Positions 34,280 to 42,518 of a stretch of 64,000 nucleotides of DNA are shown in pieces. Origin of the DNA: Elusimicrobiota bacterium (GTDB taxonomy: Bacteria; Elusimicrobiota; UBA5214; JBBAAG01); contig JBBAAG010000008.1 in NCBI GenBank assembly GCA_041658405.1, positions 8,983 through 72,982 of the forward strand, written 5' to 3'. The first letter of the stretch is position 1. The number at the start of each line of letters is the position of its first letter. Made by a program: the position numbers and the translations under genes. Under the pieces are notes generated by a model that saw nothing but the letters and a program-made list of their open reading frames with translations, was not told the DNA's origin and searched no databases.

Positions 34280-35563
34280 ATGTCGTTATTAACAAAAAAT
34301 GGTGCTATTATTACCGCAATTACAGCGTTATTGCTCGCTGGATGCCAGGTATCAACTTCGCAGGATTCTAAGGGTGTTACACAGAATGTAACCGCGAAAA
34401 AAGTTGAGCCCCAGCTTCCGCCGTTACCAACTGAGATACGGGGAATACATTTATCCGCATGGGCAGCGGGGACTGAGAAAACCCGGGCTTTAGTTGAAAA
34501 GTATATCGAAGGGACAGAAATTAACACCATAGTTATCGGTATTAAAGAGCATGAGGGTAAAGTATATATTCCGGGTGTTGCAACAGCTGATAAAATCGGG
34601 GCGTATCAGGAAACTGCACCGGATATCCAGGAGTATCTTAAGTATCTAAGAAGTAAAGGGGTTTATACTATCGCCAGGATTGTGGTGTTCAAAGATAAGT
34701 ATTATTCCAAAAGTAACCCGAAGTATGCGGTAAAAACTCCGGCTGGGGAGGTTTGGACTGACCGCCGGGGTGTGTCGTGGTCTGATCCGTACCAAAAAGT
34801 TGTGTGGGATTATAATATTGAAATCGCAAAACGCGCGGTTGAGCTCGGGTTTAATGAAATACAGTGGGATTATATTCGGTTCCCGTCAGATGGGCCTACT
34901 AAACTTTGCAGGTATTCTTATGCTCAGCATAACTCGTCTTCATCAGCGTATGCGTTGGTAAACTTTCTTAAATATTCCCGGGAGCAGCTTGCTCCATTGG
35001 GGGCTAAAGTGTCAATCGACGTTTTTGGCCTTACCCCGAGTGTCCAGCATGACATGGGTATCGGCCAAAAAATTGTCCTAATGACAAATGAAGTGGATTA
35101 TGTATCCCCGATGTGTTATCCGTCGCACTACGCTAAGGGCGAGTACGGGCTGCCGTATCCTAACGCTGAACCCTATAAGACTGTATACCGCAGTGTTAGC
35201 GACGGGATTGCAAGAATACCCACAGAAAAAATGAGGCCGTACCTCCAGGATTTTTCGATGGGCTATAAGTATGGCGCGTTTGAGATACGTTCGCAGATAC
35301 AGGCAACCTACGACGCAGGGGTTAAGTCCTGGCTTCTCTGGGATCCTAACTGTAAATACACACAGGAAGCGTTTTGTGCAAAGAACGCGGATCCTGTACA
35401 GTGCAGCAGTACTACATTCCGTAAGATGTTGAACACCCGGGGTTTGGCGTATCCGGAATTCAAGCGGAAGGTAACAAAAAAAGTAGTAACACAACCGTCT
35501 TCCGCGCAGGTAATGAAGAGTACGGATATACCGCCTGTGTTAGATGAAGAGAAAGCGAAATAA
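34280..35563 (+). CDS. lipoprotein, putative glycoside hydrolase-like (DUF4015/GHL-type TIM barrel)
   Basis: Lipobox LLLAGC. The block RGIHLSAWAAG...INTIVIGIKEHEGKVYIPG and WDYIRFP resemble the DUF4015 putative glycosyl hydrolase family, from memory only. Confidence 0.55.
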   Translation: MSLLTKNGAIITAITALLLAGCQVSTSQDSKGVTQNVTAKKVEPQLPPLPTEIRGIHLSAWAAGTEKTRALVEKYIEGTEINTIVIGIKEHEGKVYIPGVATADKIGAYQETAPDIQEYLKYLRSKGVYTIARIVVFKDKYYSKSNPKYAVKTPAGEVWTDRRGVSWSDPYQKVVWDYNIEIAKRAVELGFNEIQWDYIRFPSDGPTKLCRYSYAQHNSSSSAYALVNFLKYSREQLAPLGAKVSIDVFGLTPSVQHDMGIGQKIVLMTNEVDYVSPMCYPSHYAKGEYGLPYPNAEPYKTVYRSVSDGIARIPTEKMRPYLQDFSMGYKYGAFEIRSQIQATYDAGVKSWLLWDPNCKYTQEAFCAKNADPVQCSSTTFRKMLNTRGLAYPEFKRKVTKKVVTQPSSAQVMKSTDIPPVLDEEKAK

Positions 35564-35569
35564 GAAGTA

Positions 35570-36562
35570 ATGGCTATTTCAGTAGTTGTACCGGTTTACA
35601 ATGAAGTACAGTCTGTAGTAACGCTTAACGACGAAATTGTTAATGTTCTTAATTCTATAAAACAGGAATACGAAATTATTTATATCGATGACGGGTCTAC
35701 GGATAGCAGTTATGATTCACTAAAGAAAATTGCAGCAGTGAATCACCGGGTTAAGGTTATTAAGTTCACGCGTAATTTCGGGCAGTCAGCGGCGCTTTCT
35801 GCAGGGGTTGGGTTTGCTAAGTATGAAATAGTTGTGACACTCGACGCTGACCTCCAGAACGATCCTCGAGATATACCGTTACTCCTTGAAAAACTTGAGT
35901 ACGGGTATGATCTTGTGTCAGGCTGGAGGAAAAAACGTTATGACCCGTTTCTTACGCGTAAGTTACCCTCGGTGATCGCTAATATTATTATCCGTATGGT
36001 TACCGGTGTTAAACTCCACGATTTCGGGTGTACCCTTAAAGCTTACCGCAAAAAGTTTTTGGTTAATATAAAAATTTATGGCGAAATGCACAGGTTATTG
36101 CCAGCATACCTCTCGGCGTATGGCGCAAAGATTACTGAAGTAGTGGTCAACCATCGTTCCCGGGAGTATGGTAAGTCAAAGTACGGCCTTACCCGTACGT
36201 TCAAAGTTTTGCTTGACCTGTTAACCACAAAGTTTATGCTTGGATACTCGTCAAAACCATCCTATATCCTTGGCGGATGGGGGTTATTCCTGTGTATATC
36301 AGGTTGTATCTGCGGGGCAGTAGTGTTAGTGAATAAGTTTATGTATAACATATACGCTTATAAACAACCGTTATTATGGCTTGCGATGTTTCTCGGGATA
36401 ATCGGGACACAGTTTATTGCGTTCGGCCTGCTTGCGGAACTTGTAGTGAGGATGTATTATTCATCTGAGAATAAGAATTCGTATATGATAGACACCATTA
36501 TCTCAAATAATGATGCTAATCTTCAGTTTGACTTCGGGAAAACTGTTGAAGTTAAGATGTAA
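35570..36562 (+). CDS. family 2 glycosyltransferase (polyprenyl-phosphate glycosyltransferase, GtrB/ArnC-like)
   Basis: ISVVVPVYNE, YIDDGSTD and LDADLQNDP (DxD) motifs, plus two C-terminal TM helices. Confidence 0.85.
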   Translation: MAISVVVPVYNEVQSVVTLNDEIVNVLNSIKQEYEIIYIDDGSTDSSYDSLKKIAAVNHRVKVIKFTRNFGQSAALSAGVGFAKYEIVVTLDADLQNDPRDIPLLLEKLEYGYDLVSGWRKKRYDPFLTRKLPSVIANIIIRMVTGVKLHDFGCTLKAYRKKFLVNIKIYGEMHRLLPAYLSAYGAKITEVVVNHRSREYGKSKYGLTRTFKVLLDLLTTKFMLGYSSKPSYILGGWGLFLCISGCICGAVVLVNKFMYNIYAYKQPLLWLAMFLGIIGTQFIAFGLLAELVVRMYYSSENKNSYMIDTIISNNDANLQFDFGKTVEVKM

Positions 36563-36573
36563 CCCGCAAAATA

Positions 36574-37395
36574 TTATAACTCGATTGTATTGCCTTCAGT
36601 TGCGGCGTAACACAGTACCCCAGATTTTTTTGCCTGGTAACCCGCCAATATTTTATCGAGTTCAGCGTCAGTGCGTTCCGGGTCATGGTGGAAGAAATAT
36701 AAACTCTTTACCTTAGCATCTACTGCCAGCTGGTATGCTTGTTCAAACGATGAGTGCCCCCAGCCATGCTTATTTTTTAGTTCAGCGGTGGTGAAGTTTG
36801 AATCGTGGATAAGGACGTCAACGCCGTTACAAAAACTGGTAATATTGTCATACTTTTTTGGTAATTTGTCCGGGATAAGTTCGTTGTCCGTAAGGAAAAC
36901 AAGTTTTTTGCCGTTATGTTCGAACTTAAACCCCTGGCATCCGCCGGGATGGGTTGCCGTGATCGCTGACATTGATGCTTTCCCGCTGCCAATTGTTTCC
37001 GGGCAAGCATCAATAAAATTAATTTTTGCTTTAAGGTCACGGAAGTCGATCGGGAAGTACCGGAATTCCATCTGGTTTGTCAAAATATCTTTTAACCGTT
37101 TATGCGAAACTTTGCAGCTATAAATATCTATTACAACATTAGGGTCGTATGCCGGTGCAAAAAAGGGAAATCCCTGGACATGATCCCAGTGCGAGTGTGT
37201 GATCAGCAGGACGATATGTTTGACTTCCTGTTTCTGGAGAAGGATGCCAAGTTTACGGATGCCTGTACCGGAATCAATTATTAGATGTTCATCGTTTATA
37301 TGTAAGTTTAAACACGTAGTGTTTCCGCCGTACCGCGCAGTATCTGCTCCCGGTGTGGGTATTGACCCGCGGACGCCCCAGAATTTTAGGTGCAT
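36574..37395 (-). CDS. MBL-fold metallo-hydrolase
   Basis: HSHWDH metal-binding motif plus downstream His/Asp residues. 273 aa. A candidate extended -10 (TGATATAAT on the minus strand) lies at about 37469-37477. Confidence 0.85.
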   Translation of the reverse strand: MHLKFWGVRGSIPTPGADTARYGGNTTCLNLHINDEHLIIDSGTGIRKLGILLQKQEVKHIVLLITHSHWDHVQGFPFFAPAYDPNVVIDIYSCKVSHKRLKDILTNQMEFRYFPIDFRDLKAKINFIDACPETIGSGKASMSAITATHPGGCQGFKFEHNGKKLVFLTDNELIPDKLPKKYDNITSFCNGVDVLIHDSNFTTAELKNKHGWGHSSFEQAYQLAVDAKVKSLYFFHHDPERTDAELDKILAGYQAKKSGVLCYAATEGNTIEL

Positions 37396-37488
37396 AAAGT
37401 TGTGTCCCTCTTCCTTTCATGTCACACAAAAATGTACGTTTAAATTGATAAAACAATTATAAAATATATTATATCATAAAAATATTGG

Positions 37489-37557
37489 GGAGGTTTGAGT
37501 GAAAACAATGAGGGTGTCTATGAATCACCTTTGAAGGTTCGATTCCCCTTACCTCCA
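37489..37557 (+). other. tRNA-like remnant (T-loop plus Ala/tmRNA-like acceptor 3' end); possible relic att site
   Basis: ggttcgattcccct-tacctcc-a resembles a T-arm plus acceptor 3' strand (..CCUCC-A). A 5' ggaggtt at 37489-37495 can pair 6 of 7 with it. The T-stem has two mismatches, the D-arm is not recognisable, and the anticodon-like loop is aberrant. Confidence 0.3.
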
Positions 37558-37646
37558 CTTTTTATTCCGTCGTGAACAATTCCTGGTTTTGACTTACCGT
37601 AAACATTTAGTAGAATATTCTTATCTGATATTAGTGAATCTACGAA

Positions 37647-38012
37647 ATGTGGGGTAGGATGATGAATGCGAATAATTTGGTTAGAAATTTTACTCTCCGC
37701 GGTGTTCAAGTAATGTTTGACGATGATTTAGCAAAGCTCTATGGCGTTAATGTTAAACGGTTAAATGAGCAAGTAAAAAGGAATATTAATAGATTCCCAA
37801 AAGAGTTTATGTTTCAGCTTACTGAAGAAGAATACAACAATTTGAGGCCACAATTTGCAGCTTTAAGTTTAAGGTCGCAAAATGCGACCTTAAACAATAA
37901 GCGTGGTCAACATAGGAAATATTTACCGTTTGCATTTACTGAACAAGGTGTTTCTATGCTTTCCGCTGTTTTAAACAGTGATACTGCGGTTAAAGTGAGT
38001 ATTAAGATGTGA
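37647..38012 (+). CDS. ORF6N (KilA-N-like) DNA-binding domain protein, apparently C-terminally truncated at the repeat boundary
   Basis: RGVQVMFDDDLAKLYGVNVKRLNEQVKRNINRFPKEFMFQLT...YLPFAFTEQGVSMLSAVLNSDTAVKVSI matches the ORF6N pattern. Family members normally continue (..IMRAF.. plus a coiled-coil tail). Here the frame stops 2 codons into direct repeat DR-L. Confidence 0.65.
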   Translation: MWGRMMNANNLVRNFTLRGVQVMFDDDLAKLYGVNVKRLNEQVKRNINRFPKEFMFQLTEEEYNNLRPQFAALSLRSQNATLNNKRGQHRKYLPFAFTEQGVSMLSAVLNSDTAVKVSIKM

Positions 38013-38125
38013 GTTTACATCCAAAATTGACCCAGTTTTGAATCGAATTTGACCCAGGGGCATGTATTACTATAGCGTCGGCTGGTTCAAATACAGGTTG
38101 GGTCAATATTCAATGCAATTTCACA
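38007..38125 (+). repeat. DR-L: left copy of an imperfect direct repeat of about 115-125 bp flanking island 2
   Basis: atgtgagtttacatccaaaattgaccc... aligns with 43929 onward at about 75-80 percent identity by eye. Contains TTGACCCAG twice (38027, 38049) and an inverted GGGTCAA (38100). Confidence 0.75.
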
Positions 38126-38148
38126 TACTAAGAAAGGGATTTGTGCTT

Positions 38149-38589
38149 ATGAACTATTTTACTTATAGATATTTATTATTTAAGCTGAATAAGCAGAAAG
38201 ATAAACTTAATCGATCATTTAATGAATTATCCAATAAAAATCCAAATAATGATACCAATGAATACCAGAACAAATTGGCTGACTTAGGTTATGAAGATAA
38301 TTGTTTACAAGAAGATATTGCTCTTCTAAAAACCCGATATCTTAGAGATCTTGCGAGTAAACTATCTTTACCTATTCCAGATTGGAAAGAAAACGAAATG
38401 TGGGAACAAGATGGTCAGCAGGGGCGCTATTATTTAACAAATAAGGGTATAACATATTTACGTGATTCGATTAGAAAAGAACAAAAGGAAAGTAAGGAAA
38501 TAATTTTTCAGTGGGTAGCTTTTATCGTGGGAACAATAATAGGATTACTTGGAGCAATTACTGGTTTGGTTGCAGTGTATAAAAAGTAG
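38149..38589 (+). CDS. hypothetical tail-anchored membrane protein
   Basis: The ORF has a coiled-coil-like N-terminal part and a single C-terminal TM helix (IIFQWVAFIVGTIIGLLGAITGLVAVY). Start is set at ATG 38149 because the upstream part of the track ORF lies inside DR-L. No family recognised. Confidence 0.5.
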   Translation: MNYFTYRYLLFKLNKQKDKLNRSFNELSNKNPNNDTNEYQNKLADLGYEDNCLQEDIALLKTRYLRDLASKLSLPIPDWKENEMWEQDGQQGRYYLTNKGITYLRDSIRKEQKESKEIIFQWVAFIVGTIIGLLGAITGLVAVYKK

Positions 38590-38776
38590 TATAATATTCC
38601 CGTGAGCAAATACAAGCGTTCTAAAATACTTATGTTGTCAGTTTCTCTTGAATACGAATAAAAAGCCTATTTTATAAATAATAATAATAAAAATGGTATT
38701 TATTATAGTTTTCATTCGAGAAGAGGACTGTTTAGGGTGGCAATTATTTTTGTAGAATTATGATAAAGGGGACATT

Positions 38777-39097
38777 ATGAAAAAACTATGTATAGTATTG
38801 ATTGTTTTAATACTATGTTCTGCAACTTATTTTACTACAGGTTTTTTCGTGGTTCAGCCTATTGGAGCCATACCCGATGGAGCAACAATATGGTATTGGC
38901 GATATGATACAAACATACCATTTATTTCCTTGGTAGACGGGATTCTTTTAAGAGAAACGGGCTCAATTAATCTTTTAGGTAGGGCTATTGGATTAGCAGC
39001 AGTAAGCAAAAAATTGGAAGATAAAGTAATTGTGCGATTACCATACTGCAAATTGGCATATCTTGTCTCTACACGTGGTGCAGAATTTGATAAATAA
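38777..39097 (+). CDS. hypothetical small protein with N-terminal signal/anchor
   Basis: MKKLCIVLIVLILCSATYF is a hydrophobic N-terminus. RBS-like aaagggga lies upstream. No family recognised. Confidence 0.5.
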   Translation: MKKLCIVLIVLILCSATYFTTGFFVVQPIGAIPDGATIWYWRYDTNIPFISLVDGILLRETGSINLLGRAIGLAAVSKKLEDKVIVRLPYCKLAYLVSTRGAEFDK

Positions 39098-39103
39098 TAT
39101 TTT

Positions 39104-39223
39104 GAAAAAGAAGTAGAGATTAAAGACGGCGTAGAGGTAGTCATGAAAAACGGTATGAAAGCGTTGAAAGGCGTATGCCCGGACTGCGGAACAAAAGTTT
39201 TTAGAATCATTGGGAAGAAATAA
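39104..39223 (+). pseudogene. 5'-truncated copy A of the small zinc-ribbon gene (DUF5679-like)
   Basis: Translates EKEVEIKDGVEVVMKNGMKALKGVCPDCGTKVFRIIGKK*. This is highly similar at nucleotide and protein level to 42385-42504 but lacks the first CxxC and the start codon. Confidence 0.7.
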
Positions 39224-39358
39224 ATACTATTGATTTTTTTCGAACCAATGAGATATATTTTTATATAATTTAATGAAAAGCAAGAATATTAGTGAAAATT
39301 TTATTTAGAGGATAAATGAAGGATTTCGAATAATACATGTTAGTCATGAGAGGACAGA

Positions 39359-40258
39359 ATGATTAATTTCATCATTTTCAATGTCATTCTTTTATTTGCC
39401 GGTTTACTAGCTTTATTTATCTTATCCATTGGTGTTATGGCATGCATAGCACCAATGGCACTGTTTGCGAAATCAGAGAATCCGCCAAAGATAGTCACGC
39501 TTCCTCTTTTGGGTATTGCAGGTGCTTATCAGATTTACTTTTGGTGCTTCTGGTCAGCTTTTTGTGTCGCAATGACGTTCAAATTTACTCAAAAACCCGA
39601 AGTAACATGGGATTGGTTGTATTGGATTACAGGATTTATGTGGTGCATCTCATTGATTAGTTGGCTGGCTTATAAGGAGGAGCAGAGCAGTAAGTCTCCT
39701 AAAGAGTCACATGGAATTGAAAAAGGAACAATACTCTATTCGTTTATTGCTATTATAGCCTTTTTGGCCTTCGCTTTTTTCCCCTCGCTCATTTTACCAC
39801 CCTATGGCTGGGCATTGAAGGTGTTTGGATTGCACGGGTATGTTGGTGCTAAAAATGCCAGCAATAAAACAAACACTACTTCTAATTTGCCAGAGCAGTT
39901 TGTAGATGATAGGATAACTTTTGCACAGGTAAAGCAACTTTTTAACGACGCAATGGATTTAACCAAGCCACCCGATAATTCTTGTAGACCTTTTGATATG
40001 CCCAAAGAACAAGAAGTTCAATTACGCGCTAAGCTTAATGAAGGTATAAGTTTGAGTAAAAAAATTGATGATAGCTTTCTTGATTATTTAAATGCTGATT
40101 TGAAAAATAATTTCCATAATAAATATGTAAGAGGTTATGAATTAATTTTAGAAGGTTTAAATAGTGATACTTCTAATGAAAATTCTATAGGTGTAAAAAA
40201 ACAGTTGGATGGTAGCAAACTCATCAATGAATTTAATAAATGGTGGACACCATTATAA
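39359..40258 (+). CDS. hypothetical membrane protein (about 5 N-terminal TM helices plus a soluble C-terminal domain of about 130 aa)
   Basis: Hydrophobic segments fill the first roughly 165 aa and the C-terminus is polar. No family recognised. Confidence 0.55.
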   Translation: MINFIIFNVILLFAGLLALFILSIGVMACIAPMALFAKSENPPKIVTLPLLGIAGAYQIYFWCFWSAFCVAMTFKFTQKPEVTWDWLYWITGFMWCISLISWLAYKEEQSSKSPKESHGIEKGTILYSFIAIIAFLAFAFFPSLILPPYGWALKVFGLHGYVGAKNASNKTNTTSNLPEQFVDDRITFAQVKQLFNDAMDLTKPPDNSCRPFDMPKEQEVQLRAKLNEGISLSKKIDDSFLDYLNADLKNNFHNKYVRGYELILEGLNSDTSNENSIGVKKQLDGSKLINEFNKWWTPL

Positions 40259-40464
40259 ATAAAGCTTGGCCGAAATAATTATTCGGCTTACCCAACATTA
40301 GGCAAATTTTCACACTAACAAGGGGATACAAAACCCTTACCTGGTAGAAACAAATCGATTATAGCGCAAATAACGAGGTCGTTTTAGCGACGATCCCCCA
40401 AAAACCCGACAGAATAACACAAGATAGCCGTATTCCAAAATACTTTGCCACAGTGAATTTAATA

Positions 40465-41148
40465 TTATTTATTTACTTTTGACTTTTCTATAATATCAAG
40501 CAATGTGTCAATATATACACATAATTTCAACGCATCTTCTCTTGTAAATTGGTCTGTAATATAATGATGTGTTGGATTTCTATAAGACATCATAATTCCT
40601 CGACAAATATGACATATTCCTGCGTGTTCGTCTTGATTATTAGAAACAATAATAATTGTTTTTGATAAATCTGTGTGTAGGGCTTTGTTTATAAGATTTA
40701 CTCCAACGAAACATTTATCCAACTTTGATTTGCTTCTAATTCTATCTTCTAGTATAAGAGTTGCCTGATTTATTACTCGGTCAAAATTTGCCGGTGCGGA
40801 TAGGATGTCTGAACACCTGGATTTTAATTCTTCGTCTTTAATTGAATTATAAATACTACCAACTTCTACTATCTGTTCATTCACAGCATAACTATATTCT
40901 AAATAATTTATTAATTGTAAAAGTTTGTTTGTTAAATAGTTGCTTAACGTTTCAAGTGGATCACTATGAAGGGCCGATACGTTATTTAGTTTATAGGATG
41001 CTAAATCTTCTTCAAGTATTTCGGCAAGTTTGTTCACGGTATTATTATAATCATCAACCACCTCAATTCTTATAAATTCTTGGGTAAAACAAAGCTCTTT
41101 TATTCCTTTTAATCTACCATAACATTTTTTCAATTCTATAAAATTCAT
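40465..41148 (-). CDS. HEPN-domain protein (Ymh/TIGR02391-like; predicted RNase, Abi-type)
   Basis: The C-terminal half fits the Ymh pattern: FDRVINQATLILEDRIRSKS...GVNLINKAL...HAGICHICRGIMMSYRNPTHHY...EDALKLCVYIDTLLDII. It includes the HEPN R-x4-H motif (RNPTHH). A candidate extended -10 lies on the minus strand at 41188-41196. Confidence 0.72.
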   Translation of the reverse strand: MNFIELKKCYGRLKGIKELCFTQEFIRIEVVDDYNNTVNKLAEILEEDLASYKLNNVSALHSDPLETLSNYLTNKLLQLINYLEYSYAVNEQIVEVGSIYNSIKDEELKSRCSDILSAPANFDRVINQATLILEDRIRSKSKLDKCFVGVNLINKALHTDLSKTIIIVSNNQDEHAGICHICRGIMMSYRNPTHHYITDQFTREDALKLCVYIDTLLDIIEKSKVNK

Positions 41149-41187
41149 AAGCAGGTCCTTTCGGTTACTATTACTTTCTAAAATACA

Positions 41188-41317
41188 ATTATATCATAAA
41201 GTATTTTGAATATCAGGCAAATCCCCCCGAAAACCCTACAAAACAAGACAAACCCTTTCCGTCCGTACACCACCTGCACCTTTTTCAGTTCGTTCCATAA
41301 GAAATAAGTGGTATAAT
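41188..41317. promoter_or_regulatory. divergent promoter region: two back-to-back extended -10 elements
   Basis: The minus strand carries TGATATAAT (plus-strand attatatca, 41188-41196) upstream of the HEPN gene. The plus strand carries TGGTATAAT (41309-41317) upstream of the 41383 gene. The -35 elements are weak. Confidence 0.4.
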
Positions 41318-41382
41318 CTATAACATAAGCCCCAGGTACGCGTGCCGGGAGTTTGTACAAAAGTTTTAGAGGAGATTATCTA

Positions 41383-42315
41383 TTGTGTAGTTTATTGACT
41401 GTTACATTAAGTGGTGTTGTAGGCGCTGTTATAGGAGCTGTGATTACCTACTTTCTTGCACGGAAAAATACCTTTTTGAATAAAAAATCACAAGCAATAA
41501 GTCAACTAAAACTTGTAAAATCAGGGATAGAACAGGCAATTATAGAAATTTGTTGGTTACAAGCCCAATTGAAAACATTCAAACCCCCTACAAATAATCA
41601 AGATGTTACTGTGAATTTTACTTATAAAAAATTTGATACAGCTTTCTTTTCCCAAATTGACCGTCCTCTAATAATACAATACTGTGGCGAGCAATTAGAA
41701 AAAGATATTAATAGACTGAATAACACGCTTGAAGACTGGAATAATAACCATATAAACAACCTATTTGTGCCAGTTCCTACAGACCAGTGTGATTATATAC
41801 ATTTTAATTATGGTGAAGTTAGCAACTGCGTTGATTATCTAAATACAACCTGTACTGATGTAAAAAAAGCAATTTTAGATAAACTAACCAGTTTAGAACA
41901 AAATCGAATATTGTTTTATCTGCAAATAGTATTCTTTAGTTTATTATTACTCATAATAAACTATTTGCTCGTGTGGTTTGAAGAAGTAATTTTGAAATTA
42001 AAAGCTCAACATGTTGCTTCTGTGATCAAAGGAATTCTAAATCCGGTTCTTCTGATTATGCTCTTAAACCTACTTAAATACCCAAAGAAAATCATTATTC
42101 CAATTTCCTACACAATGTATTTCTTTTTTCTTATATCTATTTTAGGTTACATTGTTATTAATCTAACCCCAAGTAGCTCTGATGGTCCCACGGCACTTGC
42201 TGTTGTACTCTTGTTATCAAGCCTCCTTACCAATGTTATGTCTATGGTACTAAGTTGGATATATTATATTTATAATCAAAATCGAAGCAAAAAAGTGATT
42301 GTTACAGACCAATAA
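41383..42315 (+). CDS. hypothetical membrane protein (N-terminal TM, central coiled-coil-like domain, 4 C-terminal TM helices)
   Basis: A TTG start at 41383 lies 8 nt after AGGAG; the track start is 41353. TM1 is LLTVTLSGVVGAVIGAVITYFL. Four more helices fall in the last roughly 130 aa. No family recognised. Confidence 0.55.
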   Translation: MCSLLTVTLSGVVGAVIGAVITYFLARKNTFLNKKSQAISQLKLVKSGIEQAIIEICWLQAQLKTFKPPTNNQDVTVNFTYKKFDTAFFSQIDRPLIIQYCGEQLEKDINRLNNTLEDWNNNHINNLFVPVPTDQCDYIHFNYGEVSNCVDYLNTTCTDVKKAILDKLTSLEQNRILFYLQIVFFSLLLLIINYLLVWFEEVILKLKAQHVASVIKGILNPVLLIMLLNLLKYPKKIIIPISYTMYFFFLISILGYIVINLTPSSSDGPTALAVVLLLSSLLTNVMSMVLSWIYYIYNQNRSKKVIVTDQ

Positions 42316-42357
42316 ATATAATAATTGTTTAGGATAATATTGAGAAGGAGACCCCCA

Positions 42358-42504
42358 ATGTCCAAAGGCAGATGTATGAAATGTAAGAAAGAAGTTGAAA
42401 TTAAGGATGGAGCGGAAGTCGTGATGAACAACGGTATGAAAGCGATGAAAGGCGTATGCCCGGACTGCGGAACCAAAGTCTTCCGGATCCTCGGGAAGAA
42501 ATAG
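42358..42504 (+). CDS. small Cys4 zinc-ribbon protein (DUF5679-like), intact copy B
   Basis: Hand translation MSKGRCMKCKKEVEIKDGAEVVMNNGMKAMKGVCPDCGTKVFRILGKK* (48 aa). RBS gagaaggag lies upstream. CxxC...CxxC is present. Below the ORF-track length cutoff. Confidence 0.75.
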   Translation: MSKGRCMKCKKEVEIKDGAEVVMNNGMKAMKGVCPDCGTKVFRILGKK

Positions 42505-42518
42505 TTAAAAAAGAATAA

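Noticed and set aside
37489-37557. Calling a functional tRNA gene here.
   Set aside because: The acceptor stem pairs 6 of 7. However, the T-stem has two A:C mismatches, no D-arm can be drawn, the best anticodon stem needs a 9-nt loop or a T:T closing pair, and the total length is only about 69 nt. It is kept only as a low-confidence remnant or att-like site.
38062-38148. Upstream extension of the 38062 ORF (MYYYSVGWFKYRLGQYSMQFHILRKGFVL).
   Set aside because: This part lies inside DR-L, whose partner DR-R is non-coding. The internal ATG at 38149 is the more plausible start.
40269-40287. Bidirectional terminator between the convergent 39359 and HEPN genes (gccgaa-ataatta-ttcggc).
   Set aside because: The stem is only 6 bp and no U-tract is present on either strand. 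This is too weak to list as a feature.
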